From a virus (Duplodnaviria; Caudoviricetes), in IMG/VR virus record IMGVR_UViG_2675903153_000001, positions 3,467 to 67,466 of that record: 64,000 nt of DNA. One strand, written 5' to 3'. Under the pieces are notes generated by a model. That model was not told the origin of the DNA. It saw only the letters and a program-made list of their open reading frames with translations, and did no database searches. The translations under genes and the position numbers were made by a program. Each line of letters begins with the position of its first letter. The first letter of the stretch is position 1. Shown here in pieces: positions 1-8,872 of the stretch.

Positions 1-361
1 TATGGATGCCGAAGACTTCGGCGACCGCTGCGGTCACCGTCTCTTTGCTCTCTTTCAGTGCCGCCGCCAGAGCGAAGATGGTGTCCGGCGTAGGAAACGC
101 GCGTAACTCGTTGTTGACCATCTTCGAAAGCTGTGCGCGCGACAGGCTGTAGCCGGCCACCCTCGCCCGGAGCACCATGGTTCCGTAGGTCACCCGGCGG
201 AAGCTCGGCAACCGGGTCCCCGGGTTCTTCGTGTTCCGCTCGTCTTTGACGGCGTCCAGAAACGCGTCGTCCTTCTCGGTTTTGTCCTCTTCGTGTAGTC
301 GTTCGTCCTCCTCGGTTCGCGGTTCATCCAATTTGCTCAGAATTAATTCCGGCAACTTCAT
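1..361 (-). CDS. Putative immunity repressor (XRE-like HTH), runs off the left edge; not in ORF track
   Basis: Manual translation from ATG 361: MKLPELILSKLDEP...SLSRAQLSKMVNNELRAFPTPDTIFALAAAL; divergent from cro-like gene. Confidence 0.7.
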   Translation of the reverse strand, partial: MKLPELILSKLDEPRTEEDERLHEEDKTEKDDAFLDAVKDERNTKNPGTRLPSFRRVTYGTMVLRARVAGYSLSRAQLSKMVNNELRAFPTPDTIFALAAALKESKETVTAAVAEVFGIH

Positions 362-444
362 CGGGGCACCTCTCGCAGGGGTGGTAGGTACACCAGTGAC
401 CGTGATCAAACCACAGTTGACAGCAACCGCGTGTTAACAGCCAG

Positions 445-473
445 TTGACGGGCGCGTCGGGGCGACCTACGGT
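445..473 (+). promoter_or_regulatory. Sigma70/HrdB-type early promoter for cro operon
   Basis: TTGACG (445-450), 17 nt, TACGGT (468-473). Confidence 0.6.
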
Positions 474-557
474 GAGGACCGAAGATCAACTAGGCCCCGC
501 GCACCACGCAGACGTGTCCTCTGCCGGTCGATGCGCCGAGCGAGGAAGGGCGCTCGG

Positions 558-818
558 ATGACCGTCTACGTGCACGTGCGCGACCTCTCTGAGCTGCGGG
601 AACGCGTCGCCGCTGCGGGCCCGCGCGCAGAGACAGCACGCCGCGCCGGCATGACGCCCCAGCGGCTACATCAGCTTGTGCACGGCGACCGAACCACCGT
701 CGCCGTAACCACCGCCGCCGCCCTCGAAGACGCCTTGAGCGTCGACCGGGGCGCCCTCTTCCGGTTCCCCGACACCGCACTCGCCGCCCCGTACGCCAGC
801 CCGGACGCCGTCGCATGA
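558..818 (+). CDS. Cro-like HTH protein
   Basis: RAETARRAGMTPQRLHQLVHGDRTTV HTH; GAGGAAGG RBS before ATG 558; divergent from repressor. Confidence 0.75.
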   Translation: MTVYVHVRDLSELRERVAAAGPRAETARRAGMTPQRLHQLVHGDRTTVAVTTAAALEDALSVDRGALFRFPDTALAAPYASPDAVA

Positions 819-993
819 ACGCCGCGACCGAGGCCGCGACCGGCCGCGAGACCACCGCACGCCGCCACGCCGTGGGAGCAACCCTCGCCGACGTAGGGCC
901 CCCACGCGCGGTCTGAACCACCCAACCCCCGGCGCCTGTGGCGCGCCCCGGGGCTGACCCATCCCAAAAACCGGTCACAACAGGGACAGAACC

Positions 994-1227
994 ATGCCAG
1001 GAGACCGCCCGACCCACGCCGCGACCATCCGACCGGCCTTGGTCGAGATCCCCATGTGGATCACATCTCGACTGGTCCACCTCACCCGCGTCGCCCGGTG
1101 GCAGGTCGGCCAACTCGCCGACGCCTACCCCGACACGGCCGTGGAACAGCTCCACGTCGTCGGCCGGCTCGCCATCGCTGCGTGCCTGCTCGACGCCGCC
1201 ATCACCGCCGCGCCGCTGCTCACGTGA
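994..1227 (+). CDS. Hypothetical protein
   Basis: Natural composition, RBS-like GGGA, lies in early operon. Confidence 0.5.
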   Translation: MPGDRPTHAATIRPALVEIPMWITSRLVHLTRVARWQVGQLADAYPDTAVEQLHVVGRLAIAACLLDAAITAAPLLT

Positions 1228-1277
1228 ACCGGCCGCGCCCCCGAAAGCCCACCGCACCTCAACCGGAAGGAACATCC

Positions 1278-1637
1278 GTGGCCCTGCCGACCTGCGACCC
1301 GCTCGCCCCGCTCGCCAACTCGCCCGCCGAGCTGATCGCCGCCATCACCACCCCGCACCCGGACACCCCGATCCTCAACGCATGGGTTGAGGCGTTGGGC
1401 GCCGCCCGGGTCGCCGCCTTGCTGTCCGACGACACCGCCGAGCCCGCCCCCGACGCGGCGCCAGTCGAACCCGACACGGCAGAACCCGCGTCCGAGCCTG
1501 CGCCGACGGATGACGTCGCCGACGCACCCGGCGAAGCCGAGCCCGAGCCCGGCCGCGAGACGACCGGCGGGCCCGACGACCCGGCGGGCGACGACCCGCG
1601 GCAGACCGAACCCGACCCCGCGTCCGACGCCGACTGA
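1278..1637 (+). CDS. Hypothetical protein with acidic Pro/Ala/Asp/Glu tail
   Basis: GGAAGG RBS before GTG 1278. Confidence 0.6.
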   Translation: MALPTCDPLAPLANSPAELIAAITTPHPDTPILNAWVEALGAARVAALLSDDTAEPAPDAAPVEPDTAEPASEPAPTDDVADAPGEAEPEPGRETTGGPDDPAGDDPRQTEPDPASDAD

Positions 1638-1714
1638 ACGTTCCGCCCGCGTCGCCTTGCCTTGCCCCGGTCCCCGCCGCGTACCTCCGCCGAAGTGAGG
1701 AAAGGCGATTTCCC

Positions 1715-2032
1715 ATGCTCGACCCCAAGACGGTCGCACTCGACGCGATCGCGCCGGCCGTCGCCCGCTGGCGGGCCGCCCGATGCGGTGCCGCCCGGCT
1801 CGCCGCGACCGCCGCCCAGGCCGAAAAGGACATCATCGCGGCCCTCGGCGACGCCGACATCGGCACCGTCGACGGCCGGCCCGTCGTCCGCCGCGACGTC
1901 CAGGAACGCCAGGGCTTCGCGTTCGGGCTGTTCCGCACCGAACATCCCGAACTCGCCGATCGCTACATCACCCGCCGCCGCCGCGAATCTCTGAAGATGC
2001 CGCGGCTCGACACCGAAGCGGAAGCGTCATGA
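1715..2032 (+). CDS. Hypothetical phage protein (resembles C-terminal part of YqaJ-type proteins)
   Basis: AAAGG RBS; ALGDADIGTVDGRPVV...FRTEHPELADRY pattern. Confidence 0.6.
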   Translation: MLDPKTVALDAIAPAVARWRAARCGAARLAATAAQAEKDIIAALGDADIGTVDGRPVVRRDVQERQGFAFGLFRTEHPELADRYITRRRRESLKMPRLDTEAEAS

Positions 2033-2223
2033 CCGCCGCCGACCGGCTCGCCCGAATCGCCGACGCGCACGTCCGCGCGATTCTTGAGGGCGGTCTCTTC
2101 GACGACTTTTGCATGGAATGCCAACTGCCTTGGCCATGCCCGACCTACGTGTGGGCCACCACCGAACGCAACGTCTGCGCCACCTGGAACCCCCTTGACG
2201 ACGAGGACGGGGAGGACGGGTGA
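2029..2223 (+). CDS. Small Cys-containing hypothetical protein
   Basis: ATGA coupling; CMECQLPWPCPT motif. Confidence 0.6.
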   Translation: MTAADRLARIADAHVRAILEGGLFDDFCMECQLPWPCPTYVWATTERNVCATWNPLDDEDGEDG

Positions 2224-2468
2224 CCATCGACGAATGCCCGCACTGCGGGACATGCTTGCGCGGTAACGAAATTCCCGAAGAGCGTCGCCAGTACTACAGC
2301 TACGCCACGCACTACAGCCGCGTCATCGGGCAGGAGATCCGGGGCGTCTACGACGGCGTCTTGTTCTGGTCGTGCCCTGACTGCGGGGGCTGTTGGCACC
2401 GCTGGCCGGAAGGCCACTACCTGCGCGTCCGCGCCGAAAACTACGTCACCACAGGGGAAATCTCATGA
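2220..2468 (+). CDS. Zn-ribbon phage protein
   Basis: CPHC...SRVIGQEIRGVYDGVLFWSCPDC; GTGA coupling. Confidence 0.7.
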   Translation: MTIDECPHCGTCLRGNEIPEERRQYYSYATHYSRVIGQEIRGVYDGVLFWSCPDCGGCWHRWPEGHYLRVRAENYVTTGEIS

Positions 2469-2812
2469 GCGTCATCCTCTCCGGCAAGCTGCCGCGCGAC
2501 GATCGCACCAACGGTATCGCCAGCATCGCCGCCGCCCTCATCGCCAACCCCAGCGACGTCCACATCGTCGTTGCCCTGGTCGACTGCCTCAAGATCACGA
2601 CCAAGACCGAATCCGGCGAGGTCATCCCGGAGGCCCGGATTCGCGCCATCGAAGCATTTCCGGGCGCTACTGCGGACGGTGAAGAGCTGCGCCGTCTCTG
2701 GCGCCGAGCCCGGGAACGCCGGACCGGCGAAGTAGAACTCGAACTCCCCATTGAGCTGGAACGCGAACTCGACAGCCTCAAGCCCGCGCCGGCCGAGGGG
2801 GATGACGAATGA
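2465..2812 (+). CDS. Conserved actinophage hypothetical protein
   Basis: LSGKLPRDDRTNG...VVALVDCLKITT; ATGA coupling. Confidence 0.7.
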   Translation: MSVILSGKLPRDDRTNGIASIAAALIANPSDVHIVVALVDCLKITTKTESGEVIPEARIRAIEAFPGATADGEELRRLWRRARERRTGEVELELPIELERELDSLKPAPAEGDDE

Positions 2813-3105
2813 CCCGCACTGGCGATACCTACGTTCGGTGGCGCTCGGGAGCGCCCCGCGAGGGACGCGCGTTCCCACCGCTCGGGCCCGGTCACCCGGC
2901 CTATCGGGACGTGTGCCCGGCCTGCGACCACTTCCTAGGTAACGGGCTGCCGGTTCAGATTCTCGCGATCGGACCGACCGACGACGAAGCCCGTGACCGT
3001 CATCGCGCCGGCCGTTGGTACTCCGCGCTTGCGTTGCTGTTCCACGCGGCGTGCCTCGGCTCAAACATCGTCGACCTCGCCGATGCCGAGGGGGCGGCGG
3101 GATGA
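2809..3105 (+). CDS. Hypothetical protein, CxxC...HxxC
   Basis: CPAC and HAAC motifs; coupled on both sides. Confidence 0.6.
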   Translation: MTRTGDTYVRWRSGAPREGRAFPPLGPGHPAYRDVCPACDHFLGNGLPVQILAIGPTDDEARDRHRAGRWYSALALLFHAACLGSNIVDLADAEGAAG

Positions 3106-4301
3106 TCACCTTCGGATCGCTGTTCACCGGCACCGCCGCCCTCGACCACGCTGCGGGCTCCGTGCTCGGATGCGTGCCCGCGTGGTTCTGCGACAACGAC
3201 AAGGGCGCGTCGAAGCTGCTCGCCTACCACTACCCGCACATTCCGAATCTCGGGGATATCACCGCCGTTGACTGGTCCACTGTGGAACCCGTCGATGTCC
3301 TTGGCGGCGGCTTTCCCTGCCAGGATGTGTCTGCCGCGGGCCGCCGCGTCGGCATGGCCCCCGGGACCCGGTCCGGCCTCTGGTCACACATGGCATTCGC
3401 CATCGCCACGATTCGGCCGCGCCTGGTGGTCGTCGAGAACGTAAGGGGTCTGCTCAGTGCCAAAGCGCATAGCCACGTGGAACCCTGCACGGGGTGCCTG
3501 GGAGACCACCCGAAGAAGCCTGCTTTGCGCGCACTGGGAGCCGTACTCGGCGACCTGGCCGACATCGGGTATGACGCGGTCTGGTGTGGCGTTCGAGCTT
3601 CCGACGTCGGCGCTCCGCACCAACGATTCCGCGTCTTCGTTGCTGCTCAAGACACCAACCGCACAGCTGGCGAAGAACGGCGGAAGCCAGCACCCGGACA
3701 AGCGGAAGGCCGGTCGGCACGGGCCGACGCTGGCGGACGAAGTGGAACACCTCTTGCCAACGCCGCGGGCATCCGACACGGCGGGCCCGGGTTTGCATGG
3801 TCAGGGTGGGGCGGACTTGCGCACGACGATCGCGTTGTTGCCGACACCTCGGGCGACCGACGGGGACAAGGGGAGCCCGAAGCAACGCGGTTCATCGGGC
3901 GACATGATGTTGCCGAGCGCGGTGTACGCGCTACTGCCGACTCCGACCGCGACGGACGCGAAGTCGTCGAGCGGTTCGAATCCCGCGTGGGGCCACGGGA
4001 TGACGTTGACGGACGCCGCGCGCACAGCTGGGGCGCCTATGCCCCCGCGATCGCCCGATGGGCCGCCATCATCGGACGACCAGCACCCGACCCCACCGTC
4101 CTCGGACAGCGCGGCGGGCAAGTCCTGAACCCGGCGCTTGTCGAATGGATGATGGGGCTGCCTGCCGGCTACATCACGGCCGTGCCGGGACTGAGCCGCA
4201 ATGACATGCTGCGGCTCGGCGGCAACGGCGTTGTGCCGCAACAGGCGGCGGCCGCGCTTCGCCGGCTCGTGTCGCTGCTCGATGGGGCGGTGGCGGCATG
4301 A
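3102..4301 (+). CDS. DNA cytosine-5 methyltransferase, main frame
   Basis: Motif I SLFTG, IV GGFPCQDVS, VI ENV, VIII QRFRVF, IX LNPALVEWMMGLP, X GNGVVP. Confidence 0.9.
   Translation: MITFGSLFTGTAALDHAAGSVLGCVPAWFCDNDKGASKLLAYHYPHIPNLGDITAVDWSTVEPVDVLGGGFPCQDVSAAGRRVGMAPGTRSGLWSHMAFAIATIRPRLVVVENVRGLLSAKAHSHVEPCTGCLGDHPKKPALRALGAVLGDLADIGYDAVWCGVRASDVGAPHQRFRVFVAAQDTNRTAGEERRKPAPGQAEGRSARADAGGRSGTPLANAAGIRHGGPGFAWSGWGGLAHDDRVVADTSGDRRGQGEPEATRFIGRHDVAERGVRATADSDRDGREVVERFESRVGPRDDVDGRRAHSWGAYAPAIARWAAIIGRPAPDPTVLGQRGGQVLNPALVEWMMGLPAGYITAVPGLSRNDMLRLGGNGVVPQQAAAALRRLVSLLDGAVAA
3457..4128 (+). CDS. Nested out-of-frame ORF inside the MTase gene; probable second MTase subunit (target-recognition repeats)
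   Basis: WPTSGMTRSG block plus four LL(P/K)TP repeats; the overlapping main-frame segment is low-complexity. Confidence 0.7.
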   Translation: MPKRIATWNPARGAWETTRRSLLCAHWEPYSATWPTSGMTRSGVAFELPTSALRTNDSASSLLLKTPTAQLAKNGGSQHPDKRKAGRHGPTLADEVEHLLPTPRASDTAGPGLHGQGGADLRTTIALLPTPRATDGDKGSPKQRGSSGDMMLPSAVYALLPTPTATDAKSSSGSNPAWGHGMTLTDAARTAGAPMPPRSPDGPPSSDDQHPTPPSSDSAAGKS

Positions 4302-4786
4302 AGCCCGAACTCACCGGCGAAACCATCGCGACGATGATCGTGGTCCCGCTGCTCATCGCCGTGGTTTGCGTCGTCGGCGTCTTTTTCTTCGTGGTGTGGC
4401 GCTCCCTGCGGGCTCGCGACCACGACGACGCGCCGTTGGCGTTGGCCTGCTGGATCCTCTCCGCGTTGCTCGTGGTCGGCATCGTCGCGGCGACCTGGTG
4501 GGGCATGTACCCGTGGGAAGCCGAATACCACCACTGGACGCCGAAATCTGGTGTGGTCGCCACGGTCGATTCGCGCATCGTCCCCGGCGGCGCGGACTCG
4601 AAGTCGGTGGAACAGAAGTTCGTGGTGTCGTTCGTCGGCGAAGACCAGCAATACGCCGTCATGGACACCCGCGCCGCCGGCGTCAAGCCCGGCGACCGGC
4701 TCACCATCACGTGCGTCCGCCGCTGGCAGTGGAGCGGAACCCCGGGCTACGACTGCAATTTCGTGTCCTTGGAGCGTGGCCGGTGA
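4298..4786 (+). CDS. Membrane protein (2 TM plus soluble C-terminal domain)
   Basis: Two hydrophobic segments; ATGA coupling. Confidence 0.7.
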   Translation: MKPELTGETIATMIVVPLLIAVVCVVGVFFFVVWRSLRARDHDDAPLALACWILSALLVVGIVAATWWGMYPWEAEYHHWTPKSGVVATVDSRIVPGGADSKSVEQKFVVSFVGEDQQYAVMDTRAAGVKPGDRLTITCVRRWQWSGTPGYDCNFVSLERGR

Positions 4787-4820
4787 CCAATTACGACCAC
4801 CCGAACGGGGAGGGTGTGGA

Positions 4821-5819
4821 ATGACCGGCGTCATCGACTCGGCGGCCACGCCGATCCCGCGGGACCGGTTCGGCCGACCCATGGTTGTCCCGCCCGGCGG
4901 GCACAAGGCCGTCGGCTATACCCGGTGCACCACCTACGTGTCGTGCCTGGAAGACACCTACAACCTCGGCAAGTGGCAGCAACGCATGGTCGCGATCGGC
5001 CTTGCCGACCGGCCCGACCTGCTGTTGGCGGTGTCCGCGAGCCAACGCGACGACAAAGACGGCCTCAACCGCATCGCCGACCAAGCGATGGACGCCGCCA
5101 AGGCCGGCGCCGCGTCGACCACTGGCACGGCGCTCCACGCCCTGACCGAGCGCATCGACCGGCGCGAACAGCTGCCGATCGTGCCCGCCGCCCACCTCGA
5201 CGACCTCGACGCGTACCGGGCCGCCACGCGCGACCTCGAACCGCTCATGATCGAACAGTTCACGGTGTTGGACGAACTCCGCATCGGCGGCACCCCGGAC
5301 CGGGTCGTGCGGTACCAGGGCAATGCCTACATCGGCGACGTCAAGACCGGGTCGATCGACTACGCCGCAGGCAAAATCGCCATGCAACTTGCGGTCTACG
5401 CCCGATCGATGCCCTACGACCACGCGACGGGTGAGCGGTTCCCGTACCCCGAGCCGGTCGACACCAGCCGCGGCATCGTGATCCACCTCCCCGCCGGGAC
5501 CGGCCGGTGCGAGCTGCATTGGATTGACCTGGACGCCGGTTGGGACGGCGTCCGGCTCGCCGGGAAAGTCCGCGACTGGCGAACCCGGAAGGGCCTGCTC
5601 GAACCCTGGGACGTCACCCGCCCGGACACATCGGCGGCGCCCGTCGTCGCCGGCGGCGTGTCCGACAACGTCGCCGCTGCCCTCGCGGAGATCCGGGCAG
5701 CGACCACCCTGGACGGGCTCCGCGCCGCCTACCAACAGCACGTCGCGTCCGGTGTGGACGGTGACTTCATCCTCCCGGCCTGCCTCGCGCGGAAGGCCGA
5801 ATTGGAGGGGGCGGCGTGA
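4821..5819 (+). CDS. PD-(D/E)XK exonuclease (RecE/Cas4-like actinophage family)
   Basis: RDRFGRP, GTALH, GGTPDRV...DVKTG, QLAVYA. Confidence 0.85.
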   Translation: MTGVIDSAATPIPRDRFGRPMVVPPGGHKAVGYTRCTTYVSCLEDTYNLGKWQQRMVAIGLADRPDLLLAVSASQRDDKDGLNRIADQAMDAAKAGAASTTGTALHALTERIDRREQLPIVPAAHLDDLDAYRAATRDLEPLMIEQFTVLDELRIGGTPDRVVRYQGNAYIGDVKTGSIDYAAGKIAMQLAVYARSMPYDHATGERFPYPEPVDTSRGIVIHLPAGTGRCELHWIDLDAGWDGVRLAGKVRDWRTRKGLLEPWDVTRPDTSAAPVVAGGVSDNVAAALAEIRAATTLDGLRAAYQQHVASGVDGDFILPACLARKAELEGAA

Positions 5820-6064
5820 GCAGGCTGACTTTGCACACCGTCGTGGCCGACGTCCTCGAATCGCTGCCCCACGCCCTGCGGGAGATCCGGGAACGTCGCG
5901 GGATGTCGATCCGGTCTGCGGCCAAAGAGATCGGCATCAACTTCGCGACCGTGTCCCGCATCGAGGCAGGGCGGGACCACCGAGTGGACAACGTCATCGC
6001 CGTTCTCCGATGGCTCGACCACCGCCCCGAGGAACACGACGCGACCATGGAGGGACGACCGTGA
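5816..6064 (+). CDS. XRE-family HTH protein
   Basis: LREIRERRGMSIRSAAKEIGINFATVSRIEAG. Confidence 0.9.
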   Translation: MSRLTLHTVVADVLESLPHALREIRERRGMSIRSAAKEIGINFATVSRIEAGRDHRVDNVIAVLRWLDHRPEEHDATMEGRP

Positions 6065-6513
6065 CCAGCCCCATTCTCGAAGAAGACAGCTACGACGCCC
6101 ACTTGGCGCGGCGACTGGTCCGCGCCGCCGCGGCAGCGGTCTCCCACGAAGAGTGCCGCCAGCTCGGTGGGGGCGACCCGGCCGGCGGCGACGGGTTCTA
6201 CGCGGCCGGGATCGTTGCCGCGCAAGCCGTCCTGCGCACACTCGCCGAGGCCACCCCCGGCAACGAATACACAGTCGACCTGGACTTTGACAGCCTCGCC
6301 GACCTGATCGAGGACTACGCCGCCCGCGTCGCCGACCCCAGCGTGTACCGCGACCGCCGGCCATGGCGCGTCGGCAACCACTACGGCATCCACATCTACG
6401 CCGTCAACGGTGACGATGGCGACGACGAATCCATCGGCACCACCCATTCCGCCCGAGTGGCGCGGCAGATCGTGGCCGAACACAACGTCCGGCTCCCGGG
6501 GGCGGCGTCGTGA
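6061..6513 (+). CDS. Hypothetical protein
   Basis: GGAGG RBS, GTGA coupling; WRVGNHYGIHIYA. Confidence 0.65.
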   Translation: MTSPILEEDSYDAHLARRLVRAAAAAVSHEECRQLGGGDPAGGDGFYAAGIVAAQAVLRTLAEATPGNEYTVDLDFDSLADLIEDYAARVADPSVYRDRRPWRVGNHYGIHIYAVNGDDGDDESIGTTHSARVARQIVAEHNVRLPGAAS

Positions 6514-6791
6514 TCCACGGAACGATGAGCGGGTACAAGAACCATCGGTGCCGGTGCACCGGATGCCGCGCCGCGCACAACGCGATGATCAACCGCCGCC
6601 GCGCCGAGCGGTACGCAGCGCGGGTGCTGGTCAACGGGGTGTGGATCGCGCCGCTCCCGGCCGAGAAGCACGGCCGGGTCACGTTGTACGCGAACTGGGG
6701 ATGCCGTTGCCAGCCATGCACCGCCGCGGCTAGCGCGTCCTCGCGGCGATCCCGCCTCTCCCGTCTCGCACTGGCCGGGGAGGCGCGATGA
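6510..6791 (+). CDS. Zn-finger repeat protein, paralog 1
   Basis: Two HGxxxxYxxxxCRCxxC motifs. Confidence 0.8.
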   Translation: MIHGTMSGYKNHRCRCTGCRAAHNAMINRRRAERYAARVLVNGVWIAPLPAEKHGRVTLYANWGCRCQPCTAAASASSRRSRLSRLALAGEAR

Positions 6792-7099
6792 ACGGGCGCC
6801 GTCGCCTCACTTACCACGGGACCGCCCACGGGTACAAGAACGTCGGTTGTCGTTGCGTCGCATGTTCCGAGGCCAACCGCGCCGCCGCCCGCGACGAACG
6901 CCACCGGCGGTATGCCCGCCGGCTGCTGGTCGACGGGGTGTGGGTCGCGCCGGTCGCCGCCGAGCGGCACGGCCGGGTCACCACCTACAACGCGTGGGGA
7001 TGCCGCTGCGAGCCATGCACCGGGGCCGCCAGCGCCGAACGGCAGCGCCTCGCCCGGGTGCGCGCCGAGCGGCAGCGGACCGCGCGGGCGGCGTCATGA
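6788..7099 (+). CDS. Zn-finger repeat protein, paralog 2
   Basis: Two HGxxxxYxxxGCRCxxC motifs; ATGA coupling. Confidence 0.8.
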   Translation: MNGRRRLTYHGTAHGYKNVGCRCVACSEANRAAARDERHRRYARRLLVDGVWVAPVAAERHGRVTTYNAWGCRCEPCTGAASAERQRLARVRAERQRTARAAS

Positions 7100-7371
7100 C
7101 CGAGCACGGCAACGCCAGCACGTACGTCAACCACGGGTGCCGGTGCCAGTGGTGCACCGCGGCCAACACCGAACGGGGCCGGGAACAGCGCCGCGTCCGG
7201 TTCGCCAGCCGGCGCATCGTCGACGGCGTGTTGGTCGCGCCCGTCCCGCAGCACCGGCACGGGATCGCCAACACCTACACCAACTGGGGATGCCGCTGCG
7301 CGCCCTGCGCTGGCGCGCACCGGCGGGCCAGCCGCGATCGGTACTGGCGGCGCGTGGCGGTGACCCGGTGA
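7096..7371 (+). CDS. Zn-finger repeat protein, paralog 3
   Basis: Two HGxxxxYxNxGCRCxxC motifs; ATGA coupling. Confidence 0.8.
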   Translation: MTEHGNASTYVNHGCRCQWCTAANTERGREQRRVRFASRRIVDGVLVAPVPQHRHGIANTYTNWGCRCAPCAGAHRRASRDRYWRRVAVTR

Positions 7372-7655
7372 ACCGCCGCCGCTGGTCCGGCGCGACCACC
7401 GCGCCCGTCGTGAAACGCCGGCCGTGCCGGTTCGGGTGCGGACGCAGCGTCGACGTGTTCACCGAAAACCACCGGGTGATCCAGCTCGACACCGAACCGC
7501 CGGCGGTGACCGTCGACCTGACCACGGTCCACCTGCGGATCTACGAGTATCGAGGCCCACGCATCGGGTGGGTCCCGAAGTTTCTGCCCGAGCGCGGATG
7601 GCGAGAGCTCCGCCTACTCCACGAATGCGCGGCAGAGCAACAGAAATTGCGCTAG
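7368..7655 (+). CDS. Hypothetical protein
   Basis: GTGA coupling; CRFGC...HEC. Confidence 0.55.
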   Translation: MNRRRWSGATTAPVVKRRPCRFGCGRSVDVFTENHRVIQLDTEPPAVTVDLTTVHLRIYEYRGPRIGWVPKFLPERGWRELRLLHECAAEQQKLR

Positions 7656-7678
7656 CACCACACGAGAAGGGCAACACC

Positions 7679-8062
7679 ATGACCGATCTGTTCGACGGTC
7701 CCGGCAGCATCACCGGGATCGAATGGGCCGACCTCAATGGGCGGCTCTTGCTGATCACCCCCCACGAGGTGATCGCCAGTTTCAAGACGCAGGTGTCCGA
7801 CGGCCCCACCGTCCGCGCCGACGTCGTCGTCCTGGACGGCCCGGACGCGCCGTTCGAATACAAGGACACCCTGATTTTCCCCAAGCTGCTGCAGGGCCAA
7901 GTCCGGTCCAACGCGGGAACCGGCCGGATGAACCTCGGCCGCCTCGGGCAGGGGGAAAAGAAGCCGGGCCAGTCGGCGCCTTGGATGCTCGCGGAACCCA
8001 CCGAGGCGGACAAGGCCGTCGCCCGGCGGCACCTCGCGTCGTCTGCTCAGCCGCCGTTCTGA
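7679..8062 (+). CDS. Conserved actinophage protein, possibly ssDNA-binding/annealing
   Basis: GAAGGG RBS; ADVVVLDG, LGRLGQG, PWML; ends in PF; sits before primase. Confidence 0.6.
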   Translation: MTDLFDGPGSITGIEWADLNGRLLLITPHEVIASFKTQVSDGPTVRADVVVLDGPDAPFEYKDTLIFPKLLQGQVRSNAGTGRMNLGRLGQGEKKPGQSAPWMLAEPTEADKAVARRHLASSAQPPF

Positions 8063-8158
8063 GGCTCGACCGTCACCGCCGGGGCCCCGACCCCCGGCGG
8101 TGTGCGGCCGCACCTCAGCGCAAACCCACGAACCGTCGATCGGAGGTGGATCAACCCC

Positions 8159-8872
8159 GTGCGCACCTTCACCACCTGCCCCGGATGCGGCGACGTGCTG
8201 GCGTACCAAGACCGGCGGACCCGCACCCACCCGGGATGCCAGGACCCGCAGGGCTACGAATTCGAACTGGAAAGGGAATTCCTCGCCGCCGCCGAGGCCG
8301 GCGACAACGCCTTGGCCGACACCCTCGCCGCCCAGCTGGACGGCATGTTCGACCGGCCGCCCCGGCTGTTCGACGCCGCGTTGGCCTACGCCGAAATGGG
8401 ATGGCCGGTGTTCCCGCTCCGGCCGGGCACGAAGATCCCGTTTCCGAACACCCGCGGGTTCAAGGACGCCACCGACAACCGCATCCTCATCCGGCAGTGG
8501 TGGGGCCGGTGGCCGATGGCGAACATCGGTCTCCCGACCGGCCGCCACTTCGATGTGATCGACATCGATTTCCGGCACGGCGCCCGGCCCGCGTGGGACC
8601 GGCTCCGTGCCGTCGACGCCATGCCGGACGTTCACGGCGTCGCGTCGACGGCACACAACGGGATACACCTGCTGCTCGAACCAGCCGGGGGCGGCAACCT
8701 CACCCGCGCCGGCGCGCTGCCCGGCATCGACTACCGGGGCCGCGGCGGCTACATCGTCGCCCCGCCGTCGATCCTCGCGAGCGGTCGCCGGTACACGTGG
8801 GAGGTCAAGCCGTCGCCCGTCATCACCGCGCCGCGCCGGCCCGTCCCGACGCGCTCGGCCGGTGCACCATGA
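8159..8872 (+). CDS. Bifunctional DNA primase/polymerase (prim-pol) with N-terminal Zn ribbon
   Basis: ALAYAEMGWPVFPL..GTKIP, GFKDAT, NIGLPTG..FDVIDID, DYRGRGGYIVAPPS; GGAGG RBS before GTG 8159. Confidence 0.9.
   Translation: MRTFTTCPGCGDVLAYQDRRTRTHPGCQDPQGYEFELEREFLAAAEAGDNALADTLAAQLDGMFDRPPRLFDAALAYAEMGWPVFPLRPGTKIPFPNTRGFKDATDNRILIRQWWGRWPMANIGLPTGRHFDVIDIDFRHGARPAWDRLRAVDAMPDVHGVASTAHNGIHLLLEPAGGGNLTRAGALPGIDYRGRGGYIVAPPSILASGRRYTWEVKPSPVITAPRRPVPTRSAGAP

Noticed and set aside
815-990. Short ORFs after cro
   Set aside because: Arg/Pro-rich, no RBS or recognisable motif; cannot support
4821-5819. CRISPR-associated Cas4 or a CRISPR array
   Set aside because: No repeat-spacer array or other cas genes in the window; this is the common phage exonuclease
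7723-8868. 851-aa fused primase-helicase ORF
   Set aside because: The N-terminal extension is an Arg/Pro-rich shadow frame over two real genes; helicase starts at ATG 8869 coupled to the prim-pol stop
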